From a virus (lineage: Duplodnaviria > Caudoviricetes): a DNA stretch of 64,000 nucleotides. Each line of letters opens with the position of its first letter. Positions within the stretch are counted from its first letter, which is position 1. The notes beneath the pieces were generated by a model, which searched no databases, was not told where the DNA came from, and saw only the letters and a program-made list of their open reading frames with translations. The stretch spans positions 31,217 through 95,216 of IMG/VR virus record IMGVR_UViG_3300021958_000035; one strand, given 5' to 3'. Positions 37,776 to 48,983 of the stretch are shown piece by piece. A program made the position numbers and the translations under genes.

Positions 37776-38525
37776 TTATAGGTACTCTAGAGTAAAATAA
37801 AGTCCGAAATCTGTTTTACTCCCAATGCTGTTTGGCGATGCACTCAAAGCAACATACCAGTCGTGACGATTAGCACGACAAGATTCACCAGATTTAGAAA
37901 TGTAATTAAAGTGTGTGCCATCACCAGTTGCCATAGGGTCATCTGACGATGTATTTAAACCACTAGGTCCGGGTCCGGGAGTCATCACGTAATCCGCCAT
38001 AGCAAACCCGTCAGAAAACTGTCCCCACTCATTATCGCCTGTAACACCTCTAAATTTGAGTGGCCCTTTGTTTGCATCAAAGTCTACACCAACAACTGGA
38101 TGCGGATGTCTAATTTCGTAAACTTGAGTTACAACACCACTCGCATGGCTATCAATGCTCTGGCGGTCGAAAATTCTTAACTTGCAGTTCTGAACACGAA
38201 CTGCGTCCGCATTTTCAAACCTAATATTTAGCGGTGCGGCAATATTTGGAACACCAGAAATTACGCTAGCTGATACCTCACCCTGAATATAGGCAGTTGT
38301 GTCAGTCGAATACTTTAAATTAGAGCATTTGATTCCAGAAGTTGTGCCATTTGCATCAGTAACATACGTAGAATCCTGATACTGGCTAACTGGGACAGAA
38401 ATACCAAAGCCTCCACCAAAGAACCCTAGACCCGATCCAGCGTCACTATTGATAAGGTCTGGCTGATTTCCAGTGCCCTCTGTATAGATATTTTCGTTAT
38501 TTGCGTGAAATGTTATTGTCGCCAT
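37776..38525 (-). CDS. Putative virion structural protein
   Basis: Beta-rich, Gly/Ser-rich; own promoter-like motif and AAGGAG RBS; C-terminal HDWYVALSASP...FTLEYL. Confidence 0.6.
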   Translation of the reverse strand: MATITFHANNENIYTEGTGNQPDLINSDAGSGLGFFGGGFGISVPVSQYQDSTYVTDANGTTSGIKCSNLKYSTDTTAYIQGEVSASVISGVPNIAAPLNIRFENADAVRVQNCKLRIFDRQSIDSHASGVVTQVYEIRHPHPVVGVDFDANKGPLKFRGVTGDNEWGQFSDGFAMADYVMTPGPGPSGLNTSSDDPMATGDGTHFNYISKSGESCRANRHDWYVALSASPNSIGSKTDFGLYFTLEYL

Positions 38526-38555
38526 ATTTTTAATCTCCTTGTAAAGATTTACAGT

Positions 38556-38568
38556 GTATTATACACAT
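38556..38568 (-). promoter_or_regulatory. Candidate late promoter ATGTGTATAATAC
   Basis: Intergenic, about 30 nt upstream of the 38525 start; identical 13-mer at 50965-50977. Confidence 0.55.
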
Positions 38569-38577
38569 AAAATTAGT

Positions 38578-41500
38578 TTAGAGTAAGTTTATACCTTCAA
38601 TTGAAATAAATTGTTCGTTGGATTCTGCTATGTTTCTGAGATCGCCCCACGGAGTTGAATTTGAGTGGGAACCGCAAGCAAACCAAGTCATACTTATGTC
38701 ATTATGAAAATGGAAGAAAATGTCATATGAACCATCGTCAGACTTGAGCAAATCGTGAATGGTATATTCGACGGTCTCAGTATCTTCAATAAACGCCAGC
38801 GATTCTGCTTGAGCGTTTGCCCCAGTAGAAACATTTTTTGGTCCGGGTTCGTTGGCAGCGATCCTGTTTATTTCCTCACCATTTCTTTTTATAAGGAACG
38901 GTTTGTCATCATATTGAATACTATTTTGCAGTCCAGCAGCGACAAAGTATCCATTGAAGCCCTCACCGGCACCAACAATTGGAGATATTGTAAAATTGGA
39001 CGTAAAGCTACCAATTAGATCTCCAGTAGCTCTCGTTTGATTGACCGAAATACCAGATCCAAATCTTTCTACTGATAATCCAGTAACGGAACCCAACTCG
39101 CCCGTTCCTGTAACTCTTAAAACAATATCCTTTTCAAATATACCAACCGCATCGTCTATGGCGAACCCTGTGCCATAATTGGTCACAATTAATTTTGATG
39201 CGTGGCCCCAAACTTGCTCACCTTTAACGTCCTCCTCTTTAACCATTTCAACATGAGAAGAAGATGTAGGAATACCTAGTGTTTTTGCGTAGTATCTATA
39301 GGGCAATAATTTACCATTTCTTTTTGTGTCTACCAACCAATATTTATCATCCATCAATGGTGGCGAAGGAGTACTGGCACCCAAGTCTACCGTAGCATCT
39401 TTGAAAACAGTACTATCTGAGGGAAGTTTAATTGGATCATATGTTCTGTCATTTTGGTGAGCATCTCCAACTTCAGAGTCTATGTGCTTCTCCCACCTAC
39501 TTGGGATTCTAATATCGGCACCACTAGCCTCTGGGAACTCGTAAGTTACGGTATCTAAAAGATCGCCATCACTACCTCTCAGATTTTTAAACTCATAAGA
39601 CAGGTAATTTCTTGGAATAGGTTTACCTTGCCCCAATTCATTTGTTGGAATAGTCCCAGTTCCTCGATATTTGTCAAGCACAAAGTCTACACCCGGATTA
39701 AAGTGATGGACCGCAAAATACCTTGGGTCATAAAGAGTTTGATCCGCAGGGTGCCCCTGATAAATTCTAACACTGAGGTCTATAATGTTTTCTTGCTTAT
39801 AACTTTCTATAAAGTTGCTGACGCCCCAAGTCTTGTTCTGTTGTGCGTAACCACCTTGAATGGTAAAGCTACCAGCGGCTCCTGCACCCATACCATACAG
39901 ATTTCTTGTGGTGAATCCTATAGTTGTGTTTGCTTTAACCTTTAAGTTTGTTCCAATAATTCCAAAAGCTCCCGCACCCTTCCAATTCTCTTCTCCTGTT
40001 GCACCTTTCGCTGGATCTATTCTGTACGGATCACCGTTCAAGATAAATTCCTTAGTCCAAAACATTCCACCGTAGTCGATATTTTCTTCCCAATAGCTAT
40101 ACTCATGCAATTTGCTATAGTTTTTCTTGTGTAGTGTCCAAGCCCCCCATTTTAACGGACTATGAGCGGAGTTATTTCCGTTTTCATATCCAGCAAGATT
40201 ACCCTTAGTATTTGGAAATTCACGATCAGGTGCATATGCAGAAATTGGCAAGTTTCTACTTACCGTAGATGTTGCTATTTCAGTAAATATGGTATAGGGA
40301 AAGCTTCTTGCTTGGCTAAAATTTGGGATACTCTGTTTTTCTACCCAATCTTTCACATCTTCCACATTCATTGGATTACCAATTTCAGAAAATGGAGTAC
40401 TTAACCTTCCCATACCAAGATAAGCCTCTAGTTTCAGAGGTCTAAACATGATATTACCCGGACTTACAGGCTCAAAATCAAATGCACTCTGATCATTATT
40501 TCCATTTTCTAATTGTCTGGATAACCAAGCTCCTGCATTAACTTTACCCGGTATTGATGTTATAAAACTATTAAACATATCCCCAGTCCCAGTGGGATAA
40601 ATATCATTGAACACGCCTATTGGCTTGATTGGGCTTCCATTCTTTCCATCTGGAGAAGCATTAAGCATAACATCTGCTGGCATACTTTTACGTTTGTTGG
40701 CGGCACCCATATAGAATATATTGGGTTGATACCTTTCGCTTCCTCTAGACCAACCGTTTTCCGTTACATCGTAAGACTTAAGTGGGTCTTCGGTTTGACC
40801 AAGTGCCCCAACGCTGGCGTCATTTCTATCCTCTATACCGTTCCCCGGATCAAAGGGATTACTCCCATCATCATTTTTTTCTGTAAAGTACTTTGATGCA
40901 TCAATACTACCTGCCCCTGTTGCTACTATAGTAAAACTTCTAGAATCATCAGAGTCATATTCTTCTGTACCTTTATAACCATCGGGGAATACGCACCCAA
41001 AAAATGCACCGCAGTTTGCAGAGTTTCTGACTGTGTATTCAGAAGCCTCAAAAGGAATAACTTGACCCGCAGAATTAACGGTGGCAGAAGTAGAAGCAAT
41101 TGAGCACGTGTCTGGGTGCGTGCCGATGGACCCTTGTTTTCCTCGTATTCCAAAAACTTTACTGTCTAGGTAATCAAATGATGTTTGCTGAAAATATGCA
41201 GGCCGATCACTCCACCGTTTATAGTTTTCAGTGTTGAACGGTTGAGTAAAATTGTATCCACCGTTGGGTGTTCTGCCAGTTACTTCATCACCGGGGAGAT
41301 CGTATTTACGATACAAGTTTAAATATTTATCTTCTTCTCCAGCGGAAAGATAATAATTAACATGAAAGCCTAGCTCTGCATCTCTAGGGGTGACATCTAC
41401 GTACCCTCGTCCATCATCCTCATCCTGAGGACGGTTTCCGTCAAAAATGGGTATACCCTTAAAGAAAAACTGACTGGATGTCATAGTGTAAGTAAATGGT

Positions 41501-43032
41501 CCCCATTTTCCAATACCTGTAGCAACCGGCGGTGCTGCTTCTTCTTCTTCACCTTGACCCAAGTCACTAACATGCCAAACACCGTCAATCTGCGTAAGCA
41601 AAACTTCTTCGCCTGATGGATATGTTTTTCTTGGATTAAAGTTGTAAACAGGAACAATTTGCTTGTTTGTATTGCCATCTGGACCACATCTTGTATCTGC
41701 TGTTTGTGCGTAGTTGGGCGACCACTGAAGGGGCATACTGTTCTGTGTTCTAATGAGCATACCAGAGCCGCGAGAAGGAATATAGCAATTTGCATTATCT
41801 TCTTCTTCTAGTGTTTCTTTAATATCATTACTTAAGAGATAGTCTAGTGTGGGAGCTTTTCCGGGTTTCAGTTGCGTAACAAGTTTACAAAACATGTTTA
41901 CGTTTCCGCTTTGCCACTTCTTACTAACAGGATTCCATTGAAGATCTACCTCTCCAGCAGCCTGCCCAGTAACATCTTCTTGACTGTCAGATGTTCGCTC
42001 ACCATCTGCTCCACCATTTGCACCTACAGCATCTCGCCTTGGTCCAACAAACGTCATTTCCTTCATAGTGATTGCTTTGCCAGTCTTTGCAATCATTGAT
42101 TCGTCTTTGAGGTAAAGACTAAATGTAATATTCTCTGTTATCGGAGGACAGCCTTCTATAAGCCCATCATTCTGATTTATAAAGAATGTAGCGTCACCAG
42201 ACCATTGCACTTTAGGGCTACCTTTGGCTGATTTAATTTCATTTAAGAGTGCGTATGAGCCAAAAGCCTGTTTCTTTTCTAGTCCGGGATGTGTGTCGGC
42301 TTCATTCAATGTCCAAGTTTCTCTTGGATAGTAATCATCGAAATGATTCATAAACTTGTTAAGTTGAATCAAGCTATACAGAGGGGTTATATCTTTTAAT
42401 GGGGCATAATACTCATCAAGAGCAGCAGAGTCATCAGAGTCATCAGAGTCATCAGAGTCATCTGCATTAATGTCTTCGAGAAATTCAGCCGCTCGTTGGT
42501 CTGGGGTAGGAGGGTCGGGAGGGATGTACGGGTCTGCTGCACCGACATACAACGGCTTAACAGTAAACGGATCATCACCGTCAAGATAAACTCCAATAAC
42601 CGGATTTTTTGAGCTTAATTTTAGGGCATCAATGGTTGACCGAATATCACCTATTCCTGCGGTTGTTTTCCCAGCATATGACCATATTTGACTATCTTCT
42701 CCACCCTCGTTAGAACCTAAACCTTTGAGATTTTGCTTTATGAATCTTCCAGCATTTTCAAGATCCAAGTTTGGTTTCCATCCGTACCAAGAAAATTCTG
42801 TAGTATTAGTTATACCCAAGAGGTTTTGTAGAGTTTTCTCAGGATCATCAAGTTTATCAGTTGGGCCAGAAGGAGCATTGATGTGCCGCCTATTTAGATA
42901 TCTTCCTAAATTATCACGCTCATTCCACCACTCAAGTAAAGTTCCGGTAGTAAACGTGCCGAGTCCCAATTCAATAAAATATGGATGGTTAGTTTCAAAT
43001 ACATGAAAATCTGTTTCATCTTGGTTCTTCAT
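38578..43032 (-). CDS. Large tail/baseplate-associated protein (1484 aa)
   Basis: Acidic, Gly-rich protein in the tail module; GTGF/GSG fibre-like motifs near the C-terminus. Confidence 0.6.
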   Translation of the reverse strand: MKNQDETDFHVFETNHPYFIELGLGTFTTGTLLEWWNERDNLGRYLNRRHINAPSGPTDKLDDPEKTLQNLLGITNTTEFSWYGWKPNLDLENAGRFIKQNLKGLGSNEGGEDSQIWSYAGKTTAGIGDIRSTIDALKLSSKNPVIGVYLDGDDPFTVKPLYVGAADPYIPPDPPTPDQRAAEFLEDINADDSDDSDDSDDSAALDEYYAPLKDITPLYSLIQLNKFMNHFDDYYPRETWTLNEADTHPGLEKKQAFGSYALLNEIKSAKGSPKVQWSGDATFFINQNDGLIEGCPPITENITFSLYLKDESMIAKTGKAITMKEMTFVGPRRDAVGANGGADGERTSDSQEDVTGQAAGEVDLQWNPVSKKWQSGNVNMFCKLVTQLKPGKAPTLDYLLSNDIKETLEEEDNANCYIPSRGSGMLIRTQNSMPLQWSPNYAQTADTRCGPDGNTNKQIVPVYNFNPRKTYPSGEEVLLTQIDGVWHVSDLGQGEEEEAAPPVATGIGKWGPFTYTMTSSQFFFKGIPIFDGNRPQDEDDGRGYVDVTPRDAELGFHVNYYLSAGEEDKYLNLYRKYDLPGDEVTGRTPNGGYNFTQPFNTENYKRWSDRPAYFQQTSFDYLDSKVFGIRGKQGSIGTHPDTCSIASTSATVNSAGQVIPFEASEYTVRNSANCGAFFGCVFPDGYKGTEEYDSDDSRSFTIVATGAGSIDASKYFTEKNDDGSNPFDPGNGIEDRNDASVGALGQTEDPLKSYDVTENGWSRGSERYQPNIFYMGAANKRKSMPADVMLNASPDGKNGSPIKPIGVFNDIYPTGTGDMFNSFITSIPGKVNAGAWLSRQLENGNNDQSAFDFEPVSPGNIMFRPLKLEAYLGMGRLSTPFSEIGNPMNVEDVKDWVEKQSIPNFSQARSFPYTIFTEIATSTVSRNLPISAYAPDREFPNTKGNLAGYENGNNSAHSPLKWGAWTLHKKNYSKLHEYSYWEENIDYGGMFWTKEFILNGDPYRIDPAKGATGEENWKGAGAFGIIGTNLKVKANTTIGFTTRNLYGMGAGAAGSFTIQGGYAQQNKTWGVSNFIESYKQENIIDLSVRIYQGHPADQTLYDPRYFAVHHFNPGVDFVLDKYRGTGTIPTNELGQGKPIPRNYLSYEFKNLRGSDGDLLDTVTYEFPEASGADIRIPSRWEKHIDSEVGDAHQNDRTYDPIKLPSDSTVFKDATVDLGASTPSPPLMDDKYWLVDTKRNGKLLPYRYYAKTLGIPTSSSHVEMVKEEDVKGEQVWGHASKLIVTNYGTGFAIDDAVGIFEKDIVLRVTGTGELGSVTGLSVERFGSGISVNQTRATGDLIGSFTSNFTISPIVGAGEGFNGYFVAAGLQNSIQYDDKPFLIKRNGEEINRIAANEPGPKNVSTGANAQAESLAFIEDTETVEYTIHDLLKSDDGSYDIFFHFHNDISMTWFACGSHSNSTPWGDLRNIAESNEQFISIEGINLL
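42426..42461. repeat. 9-bp tandem repeat (cagagtcat)x4 encoding (DDS)4
   Basis: Directly visible; in-frame acidic linker. Confidence 0.9.
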
Positions 43033-43041
43033 TTCCTATTC

Positions 43042-46000
43042 CTATTCTTCTGGTGTGTGATTGTCTGAGTAGATCATGTAATTTGTAGATTTGGTTGTGT
43101 CCAACTCAGTACTTGGCAGCGATTTATGTGGTCCTCTAGAAAAAGCCCGAAAACTATCTACCATTCCAGCACGGTATTGTTCTGTCTCTTCTTTACGGAA
43201 CAAATTTGCATCCCTTGTACTCTGTGCTCTTTCCAAATCTTTAGCATCGTTATATGCAACGCCTCCATTTGCACCCACAACTATAACTCCTTCAGATACT
43301 TCTTTTCCAAGCTCTCTATTGGCTTCAGTTTGTTGAGTAACACCATTGACTATCTCCAATACCTGTTGACCGCCAGCATTCATTACGGAATTTACGAGAT
43401 CTGTACTGGTCGATCTTTTTCCTAATCCTCTTCTGATCGCACTGTTCTGCTCGTCTTTTAATTTTTGCCTTTCTCTTGCGATCTGACTAATTGCCATTTC
43501 TTTTTGTTTTGCAAGTTTACCCCATTTGGCAGTATAAAGATCCATCTTTACAGTTGTTTTGACTCCTCCTTGTGAGACATTAACACCTATAGAGGTAACT
43601 AGTGGACCTGCCTGCTTCAACGCTGAAGCCAAAGCAATTCCTGTTGGTGCATCTGGAATAGCAAATCCACCTCTCTCACTGAACAGCAAAAGACTATTTG
43701 AAAACTGTGCCTGTAAAGAGCCAGCCTCATTCATCAATTGATACCCTGCGAAATTCCAAGGGGCAAAATTCTCATCCTTGATAAATTCTACCTTACCTCC
43801 AATGTCTGCATACTTAACTCTTGGGTCGCCACTTGGGTTTAGTTTAGATGATGACAACCAAGGGCCATAACACCTTTCATGAGACATCATTGGTATAGCA
43901 ACAATATCTGGGAATACAGGAGAAGGCTGAGTGTAACTTATTCTCACATTTGGATTGTTAGTTATACTGCCTGCGATAATTTTCTTACTTAATGATCTAG
44001 CTGAACTAATTTCTTCTAGGGAAAGTCTAAGCCAATCTTCCATTTTGCCCGGAATCCAATGCTCAGTTGAAACGGCTCCGAAACGTTCCGACGGCGAGTC
44101 GAGACCAGAGCCATCAGGGCCATAGTCAATGTCATCAGGGGCATCAGAGTTATCAGAGTCATCAATACCAAACAATTCGGGAAACTTGGTTAAATCTATA
44201 TTTTCAGCACCTTGTAATCCATACTCTTTGCCTGCTTCTGTCGCTTCCTTCTTAGTAAGAAATACAGGTGGCGGTCCACAGGGAATCTTAGCTTCTCCGG
44301 GTTGTGGTATATTTGGCTTGCTAAACTGTGGAATTTGAACAGTGTCTTGAGTCATCAAATGCTTAAGTTGTAAAGCCTGATACTCTTGATTTTGCCCATC
44401 GTTCCATCTTGTATCAATGATACTCCTGACTCTTCCGGGAACTGTGACAAGTGCATAAACGTGTTTGTCGTCTAATTTCTCTATGTCACTATCGATGATC
44501 CAAGAGTCTGTGTTTTTTTCGTACACCCTTCTAAAGTCGTACCATTCCTCATTTTTTCCATCTACGCCTCCGTTTCTTGGTATAGAGAATAAAGGTAGGG
44601 CTTCTGGATAATCAAAAGTAATTTTAGGAGTACAATCTTCGTTTTTACCCTCAGTCTTTTTAGGTTCTGGAATACTAAGAGTAAAATCATACTCGTTAGC
44701 ATAAACGTCTAAGTTATACTTTTTCAGTTTGGGCGGCATGTATAATTTTTCATCAATACTACATTTTACGAACGCCATAGAATCTGGCTGTCGCTCTTTC
44801 TTTCCCTGCTCTTCTTTTGTTTGAGCGAGAGCTTCAAATTTTAGTTTGTTATCAATATTGTTATTTGGTAACTCTTCAACAACATCTGGAACAAATTGAC
44901 CGCCTTTGGTCATAACTTGCTGAACCATATCATTGGCACTAACGCCCGTAAAATCTAATACCTCACTATGATTATAGCGAGCATAGCACTGAACCCTTTT
45001 TGAATCACTCATCAGGTTGTTCATGTCAATTGGGCAAAGACCCTGCCGAATAGCTGGTGGCATACTCGACCAAGGAACACCCGCCCTCAAAGCCTGTAAA
45101 GCAGATACATTTACTCCAAATATGTTAAACCCAAAAAACCCACCTTGAGGTTCTGGTTTATAGTTCCATTCCCAACTTTCAGAGAATGGGTTGTAATTAC
45201 CTTTTAGGGCACCTGTACGAGCAAGACTTGGATCTGATATTTTTCTTTCTCTTGTTAATTCTTTGTCGCTTTCATAATCTTGCAAGTAGTCAAGCCAAAG
45301 ATTACTTGCGTTTCCAGCACTTAATCTGCTACCAATAGCTGAATTTAACCCTTCTACAAAACTAGGCATCCCCGTGCCGAAAGCAGGAAGTGTGTTGATG
45401 TCGTAAGAAAATTCTCCCAACGCTTTGGGATCTGATGATATTGGTCTTGGAGGAAATCCGAAAGGCCCGTTTTTAATGTTAGAGTTTGTAGTACCATCAA
45501 AAGTAGAAATCGTCTTAGAGTATCCTACGTTTGCGATCTTAGGAATTCTAACAAGAAACTTCTTACCTAAACATTCGTCGGCAATCTTTTTAACAAAGTT
45601 GTAAACCTTCTTTGCATTTTCTTCATGTTTTTTGGCTGTCTTCTCTATATTGAAAAGAAACTTACCCAATGGGCCATTCTCTAAGTTTTCAACGAAAGCG
45701 ACAGATTCGTTGGAGGATCTGAGTGCAGCAGCCATCTTATCATAATTATCCATGATCTGCGTGTGTTCTGATAGCTGATCTATTAAAGCTCTATATCTCT
45801 TATTTTGAGACTTAAAATTGGGATCGCTCTTATTTTCTTCTGCAAGTTTGTTTATTTCGTTTCTAATAGCTTTCATTCTGTTGAAAAGAGTGTTCTTGGG
45901 CAACTTCAACAAAGGACTGTTTTTATTTTCAAAAGATTTTTTCAGATTAGCGGCATCTTTAACAATCCTAGTTTTGGCATTCACAATCTTACCAACGCCA

Positions 46001-48270
46001 GCTTCTACAATACCTATAGCTGTAGCACGACGATAATATAGAGGATATCCAAATGGTGGAGAACATGGACTCTGTGGATATCCAAACTCATCTACCGCTG
46101 GCTTGTCAGAGTGCCACACACATCTCGGAACAGTAACAGCATACTGTCTATTTTCTAACTCTTTGAGCACTTCGTCAATTTTTGTTTTTGCTGGACCTTC
46201 TTCGATAGTGTTAAAACCGGACCTTCCTCTAAAATCTTGTAAGACCCTGTTGATTTGATTTTGCTCAGAAGACAATGCAGATAGAAATGCCCTATGTTCT
46301 GAGGTGTCCTCGACGTAAGTCTCATTATAGGACAACAAGAAATCTTTCCACCTCTGGTATGAAATAAGTGCAGAACGCAACTCTAATTCAGTAGCAACAT
46401 AATAATTGCCAACGCCATACGCATTTAGGTTTGTAGCATCCAAAAGAATCTGCTGATAAGAACCAAAACCTCTAGGAATTGAAACGGCATTATTTCCTAA
46501 TAACCCATAGTAAGGCAGTATTTGCTGCTGCTCTTGAGCTTTCAAGTCCCACTGAAATTGTTGTAGCCAATCTCTGTTTGGAACATTATTGGCCTGAGAT
46601 CCGGTCCATAATTCGTCCCTGTCTCTTTCGGAGTGGAAGAAATAAGTTTCTACTTCTTGGGCACCAACCACAAACTTATCAGTAGTAACATTAGACAATT
46701 CAAAACCAATATCTGAATTTTCTACATCGATTCCTCGATCCTGTAGTTCTTCTATGTACGATTTAATTGCACCGTATTGAGGTTGCTGAGTTTTATCTAT
46801 AGCATCTAATCTAATGATTCCAGCAATAATGTTTTCTTTAGTGTCATTACTTACTTGATAATTATTGTAGTTAAAAAGAAACTTCGATGCAGGGTGATCT
46901 ATAACAGGAAGTAAAGTAACGTATAATTCATGACTGATAATGTCACAGAGTTCTTGGGCCAAACTGAGAAGATCAATCTTGTCAAAGTCCATGTAGTATA
47001 ACAGGGGAATTTTTTCTGTTGGGATACCCCCAAAGTCTACAACGTAATTAAAGCCTCTGAAATTAATTGTACCGCCAAATCCTGCATCTTTGTATTCTTG
47101 GGGTAAAAACCCATAATACTGGAACATAGCAGAAAGACCTTGAGATATTCTATACCAAGGCATACCTTTATCGCTACGTCGTGAAAAACCCTGACCAGTA
47201 ATTGGAAAATACTCTGGCAAAGCATCTTGGTCAAACGGTATTTGACCGAAATAATATTGATCTTTAAGATTTACAAGAGGTCCGTCTTGTGGTTGAACCA
47301 TCGCTGGATTTTTTGGCTCTACTTTTACCAAACCGTCTTCAGCATCCCAAGCTGCGTTTACACCAACGTATAAAACCTCGCCAGTTGTATTGTTTGTAAA
47401 CTTGTCGATAACACCTATGCTTTGAGCTTGCGTGCTAAGTCGAGTAAAGAGAGATGTAGAAGGATCGTACTCTAAAAACCCATAGAGATTGATAAGATTT
47501 TTATAGTTGAAGGTAGTGTCTTGATAATTATTTAAAAGAACATCTACGTTTGACAGAATTTCTCTTGGGTCTGTGATAGAAACAGAGTATACTGGTTTCC
47601 CGCCCGGACCTTTGTTCTGAGTGTAACTCTGTAGGATGCCGCCAAAATTGAAATGGGCACGACCACGCCAAGACGTATCTATATCCCACAACAAACTTCT
47701 ATCTTGAACGACATTGTTTATTCTGTCAACCAAGTGGTAGGGTGGTAATTCATCAAAGTCTTCTGCATCCCAAGAGGTCTCTGGGAACGTGTAGCCCCAA
47801 GCGTTGGGGGCAACTTTTGCAGGAAGAGTCTGAATTCCATAGAGATCGTCATATGTTTGTCGAAAAGCCTGTTCTATAGTAGCCGGATTTTTACCGAATT
47901 TAAAATACACAGGTGTACCAACAACCGGTGGCAAGAATTGATCGCTGATACCACTATGGTATGGATCATCTCCTTTACCCAATGGTTGACCATCCGAAAT
48001 ATTGTATTCATCATTAACAAGATTGATCGTCATGGAAGATGCGGTGTCGCCAAACCCAGCACTTAGATCAAAATCTCTAATAGATGCACCTAGAAAGGTC
48101 TGCTGTATAAAACCTTCGTTACCATAGTTTCCTGATGCTTGTACGTCGGCAGTCCAGCCTCCGGTAGAAAGCTCACCGCTCGCACCTTGAGGTAGGTTAA
48201 AATGTACAGGCCAATCTTTGTCATACTCGCCAGATGGCGGTATTATTCCGTAAACATTATCTCCAATCAT
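43042..48270 (-). CDS. Large tail protein, putative baseplate hub (1742 aa)
   Basis: N-terminal FLGASIRDF..G.G...S.MTINLV and C-terminal VTSIGVNVSQGGVKTT resemble hub-type beta-barrel ends; position downstream of the tape measure gene. Confidence 0.5.
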   Translation of the reverse strand: MIGDNVYGIIPPSGEYDKDWPVHFNLPQGASGELSTGGWTADVQASGNYGNEGFIQQTFLGASIRDFDLSAGFGDTASSMTINLVNDEYNISDGQPLGKGDDPYHSGISDQFLPPVVGTPVYFKFGKNPATIEQAFRQTYDDLYGIQTLPAKVAPNAWGYTFPETSWDAEDFDELPPYHLVDRINNVVQDRSLLWDIDTSWRGRAHFNFGGILQSYTQNKGPGGKPVYSVSITDPREILSNVDVLLNNYQDTTFNYKNLINLYGFLEYDPSTSLFTRLSTQAQSIGVIDKFTNNTTGEVLYVGVNAAWDAEDGLVKVEPKNPAMVQPQDGPLVNLKDQYYFGQIPFDQDALPEYFPITGQGFSRRSDKGMPWYRISQGLSAMFQYYGFLPQEYKDAGFGGTINFRGFNYVVDFGGIPTEKIPLLYYMDFDKIDLLSLAQELCDIISHELYVTLLPVIDHPASKFLFNYNNYQVSNDTKENIIAGIIRLDAIDKTQQPQYGAIKSYIEELQDRGIDVENSDIGFELSNVTTDKFVVGAQEVETYFFHSERDRDELWTGSQANNVPNRDWLQQFQWDLKAQEQQQILPYYGLLGNNAVSIPRGFGSYQQILLDATNLNAYGVGNYYVATELELRSALISYQRWKDFLLSYNETYVEDTSEHRAFLSALSSEQNQINRVLQDFRGRSGFNTIEEGPAKTKIDEVLKELENRQYAVTVPRCVWHSDKPAVDEFGYPQSPCSPPFGYPLYYRRATAIGIVEAGVGKIVNAKTRIVKDAANLKKSFENKNSPLLKLPKNTLFNRMKAIRNEINKLAEENKSDPNFKSQNKRYRALIDQLSEHTQIMDNYDKMAAALRSSNESVAFVENLENGPLGKFLFNIEKTAKKHEENAKKVYNFVKKIADECLGKKFLVRIPKIANVGYSKTISTFDGTTNSNIKNGPFGFPPRPISSDPKALGEFSYDINTLPAFGTGMPSFVEGLNSAIGSRLSAGNASNLWLDYLQDYESDKELTRERKISDPSLARTGALKGNYNPFSESWEWNYKPEPQGGFFGFNIFGVNVSALQALRAGVPWSSMPPAIRQGLCPIDMNNLMSDSKRVQCYARYNHSEVLDFTGVSANDMVQQVMTKGGQFVPDVVEELPNNNIDNKLKFEALAQTKEEQGKKERQPDSMAFVKCSIDEKLYMPPKLKKYNLDVYANEYDFTLSIPEPKKTEGKNEDCTPKITFDYPEALPLFSIPRNGGVDGKNEEWYDFRRVYEKNTDSWIIDSDIEKLDDKHVYALVTVPGRVRSIIDTRWNDGQNQEYQALQLKHLMTQDTVQIPQFSKPNIPQPGEAKIPCGPPPVFLTKKEATEAGKEYGLQGAENIDLTKFPELFGIDDSDNSDAPDDIDYGPDGSGLDSPSERFGAVSTEHWIPGKMEDWLRLSLEEISSARSLSKKIIAGSITNNPNVRISYTQPSPVFPDIVAIPMMSHERCYGPWLSSSKLNPSGDPRVKYADIGGKVEFIKDENFAPWNFAGYQLMNEAGSLQAQFSNSLLLFSERGGFAIPDAPTGIALASALKQAGPLVTSIGVNVSQGGVKTTVKMDLYTAKWGKLAKQKEMAISQIARERQKLKDEQNSAIRRGLGKRSTSTDLVNSVMNAGGQQVLEIVNGVTQQTEANRELGKEVSEGVIVVGANGGVAYNDAKDLERAQSTRDANLFRKEETEQYRAGMVDSFRAFSRGPHKSLPSTELDTTKSTNYMIYSDNHTPEE

Positions 48271-48276
48271 AATTCC

Positions 48277-48981
48277 TTATCCTTGTTTGTAAACGTTTAA
48301 GTCTACTACTTTTCTATAAGACGACAAGAATGGTATGTTCAATGTTTCCCCCTGATCAGCTTCATCTGGCATGAGTTGGTGATGAATGTAATCATTAAAG
48401 ATATTGAAATCTTCTCTTGCCAACATCTTTACCTCTTCTCCGTTAGAAAACTTAGATCCTTTGAGTGCCTCGTCCTGAGTGTAAGATTTTGTCAGTCTAT
48501 CTTGACCCTCGGCTACCAACCAATGAATAACAGTTTTTTCTGGTGTTGGTCGGGCAATTTCGGGATTTACCTCGCTATTCCAGTGGAAGATGCCACTTTC
48601 CTGTGCGTTCATCGCCGGATTTTCAGGTGTATAACCAACAACGTCTGCTGGGTATGTCTTTATAATTCCAGAAGCCGCCCACCATTCATCGCTAAACTTA
48701 TCTGGAAGTAAAGTAGCATCTTCGCCAGCAACAAAAGCAAATTCTGCCCCTGTGTCTGAGTTGGGATAAGGAAACGGTGCATTAATCCCAGACCCTCTAA
48801 ATCCCGGAGCTTCGCTTCTTACTGAATGTAATTGCCTATTATCAAAAAACGCAGACTCTCCAGATGGTAAAACACCAGAGACCAACTGTACTTTTTGACC
48901 AGACGTAAGCGGCAACAATGGTCCCAATTTAGGATCATTATTGTAAAAGTCTGACCATTGAGGTTTTTCGGCATGTGTCAT
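48277..48981 (-). CDS. Hypothetical virion protein, Ser-Gly rich
   Basis: Tail module position; six SG dipeptides in 234 aa. Confidence 0.6.
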   Translation of the reverse strand: MTHAEKPQWSDFYNNDPKLGPLLPLTSGQKVQLVSGVLPSGESAFFDNRQLHSVRSEAPGFRGSGINAPFPYPNSDTGAEFAFVAGEDATLLPDKFSDEWWAASGIIKTYPADVVGYTPENPAMNAQESGIFHWNSEVNPEIARPTPEKTVIHWLVAEGQDRLTKSYTQDEALKGSKFSNGEEVKMLAREDFNIFNDYIHHQLMPDEADQGETLNIPFLSSYRKVVDLNVYKQG

Positions 48982-48983
48982 GG

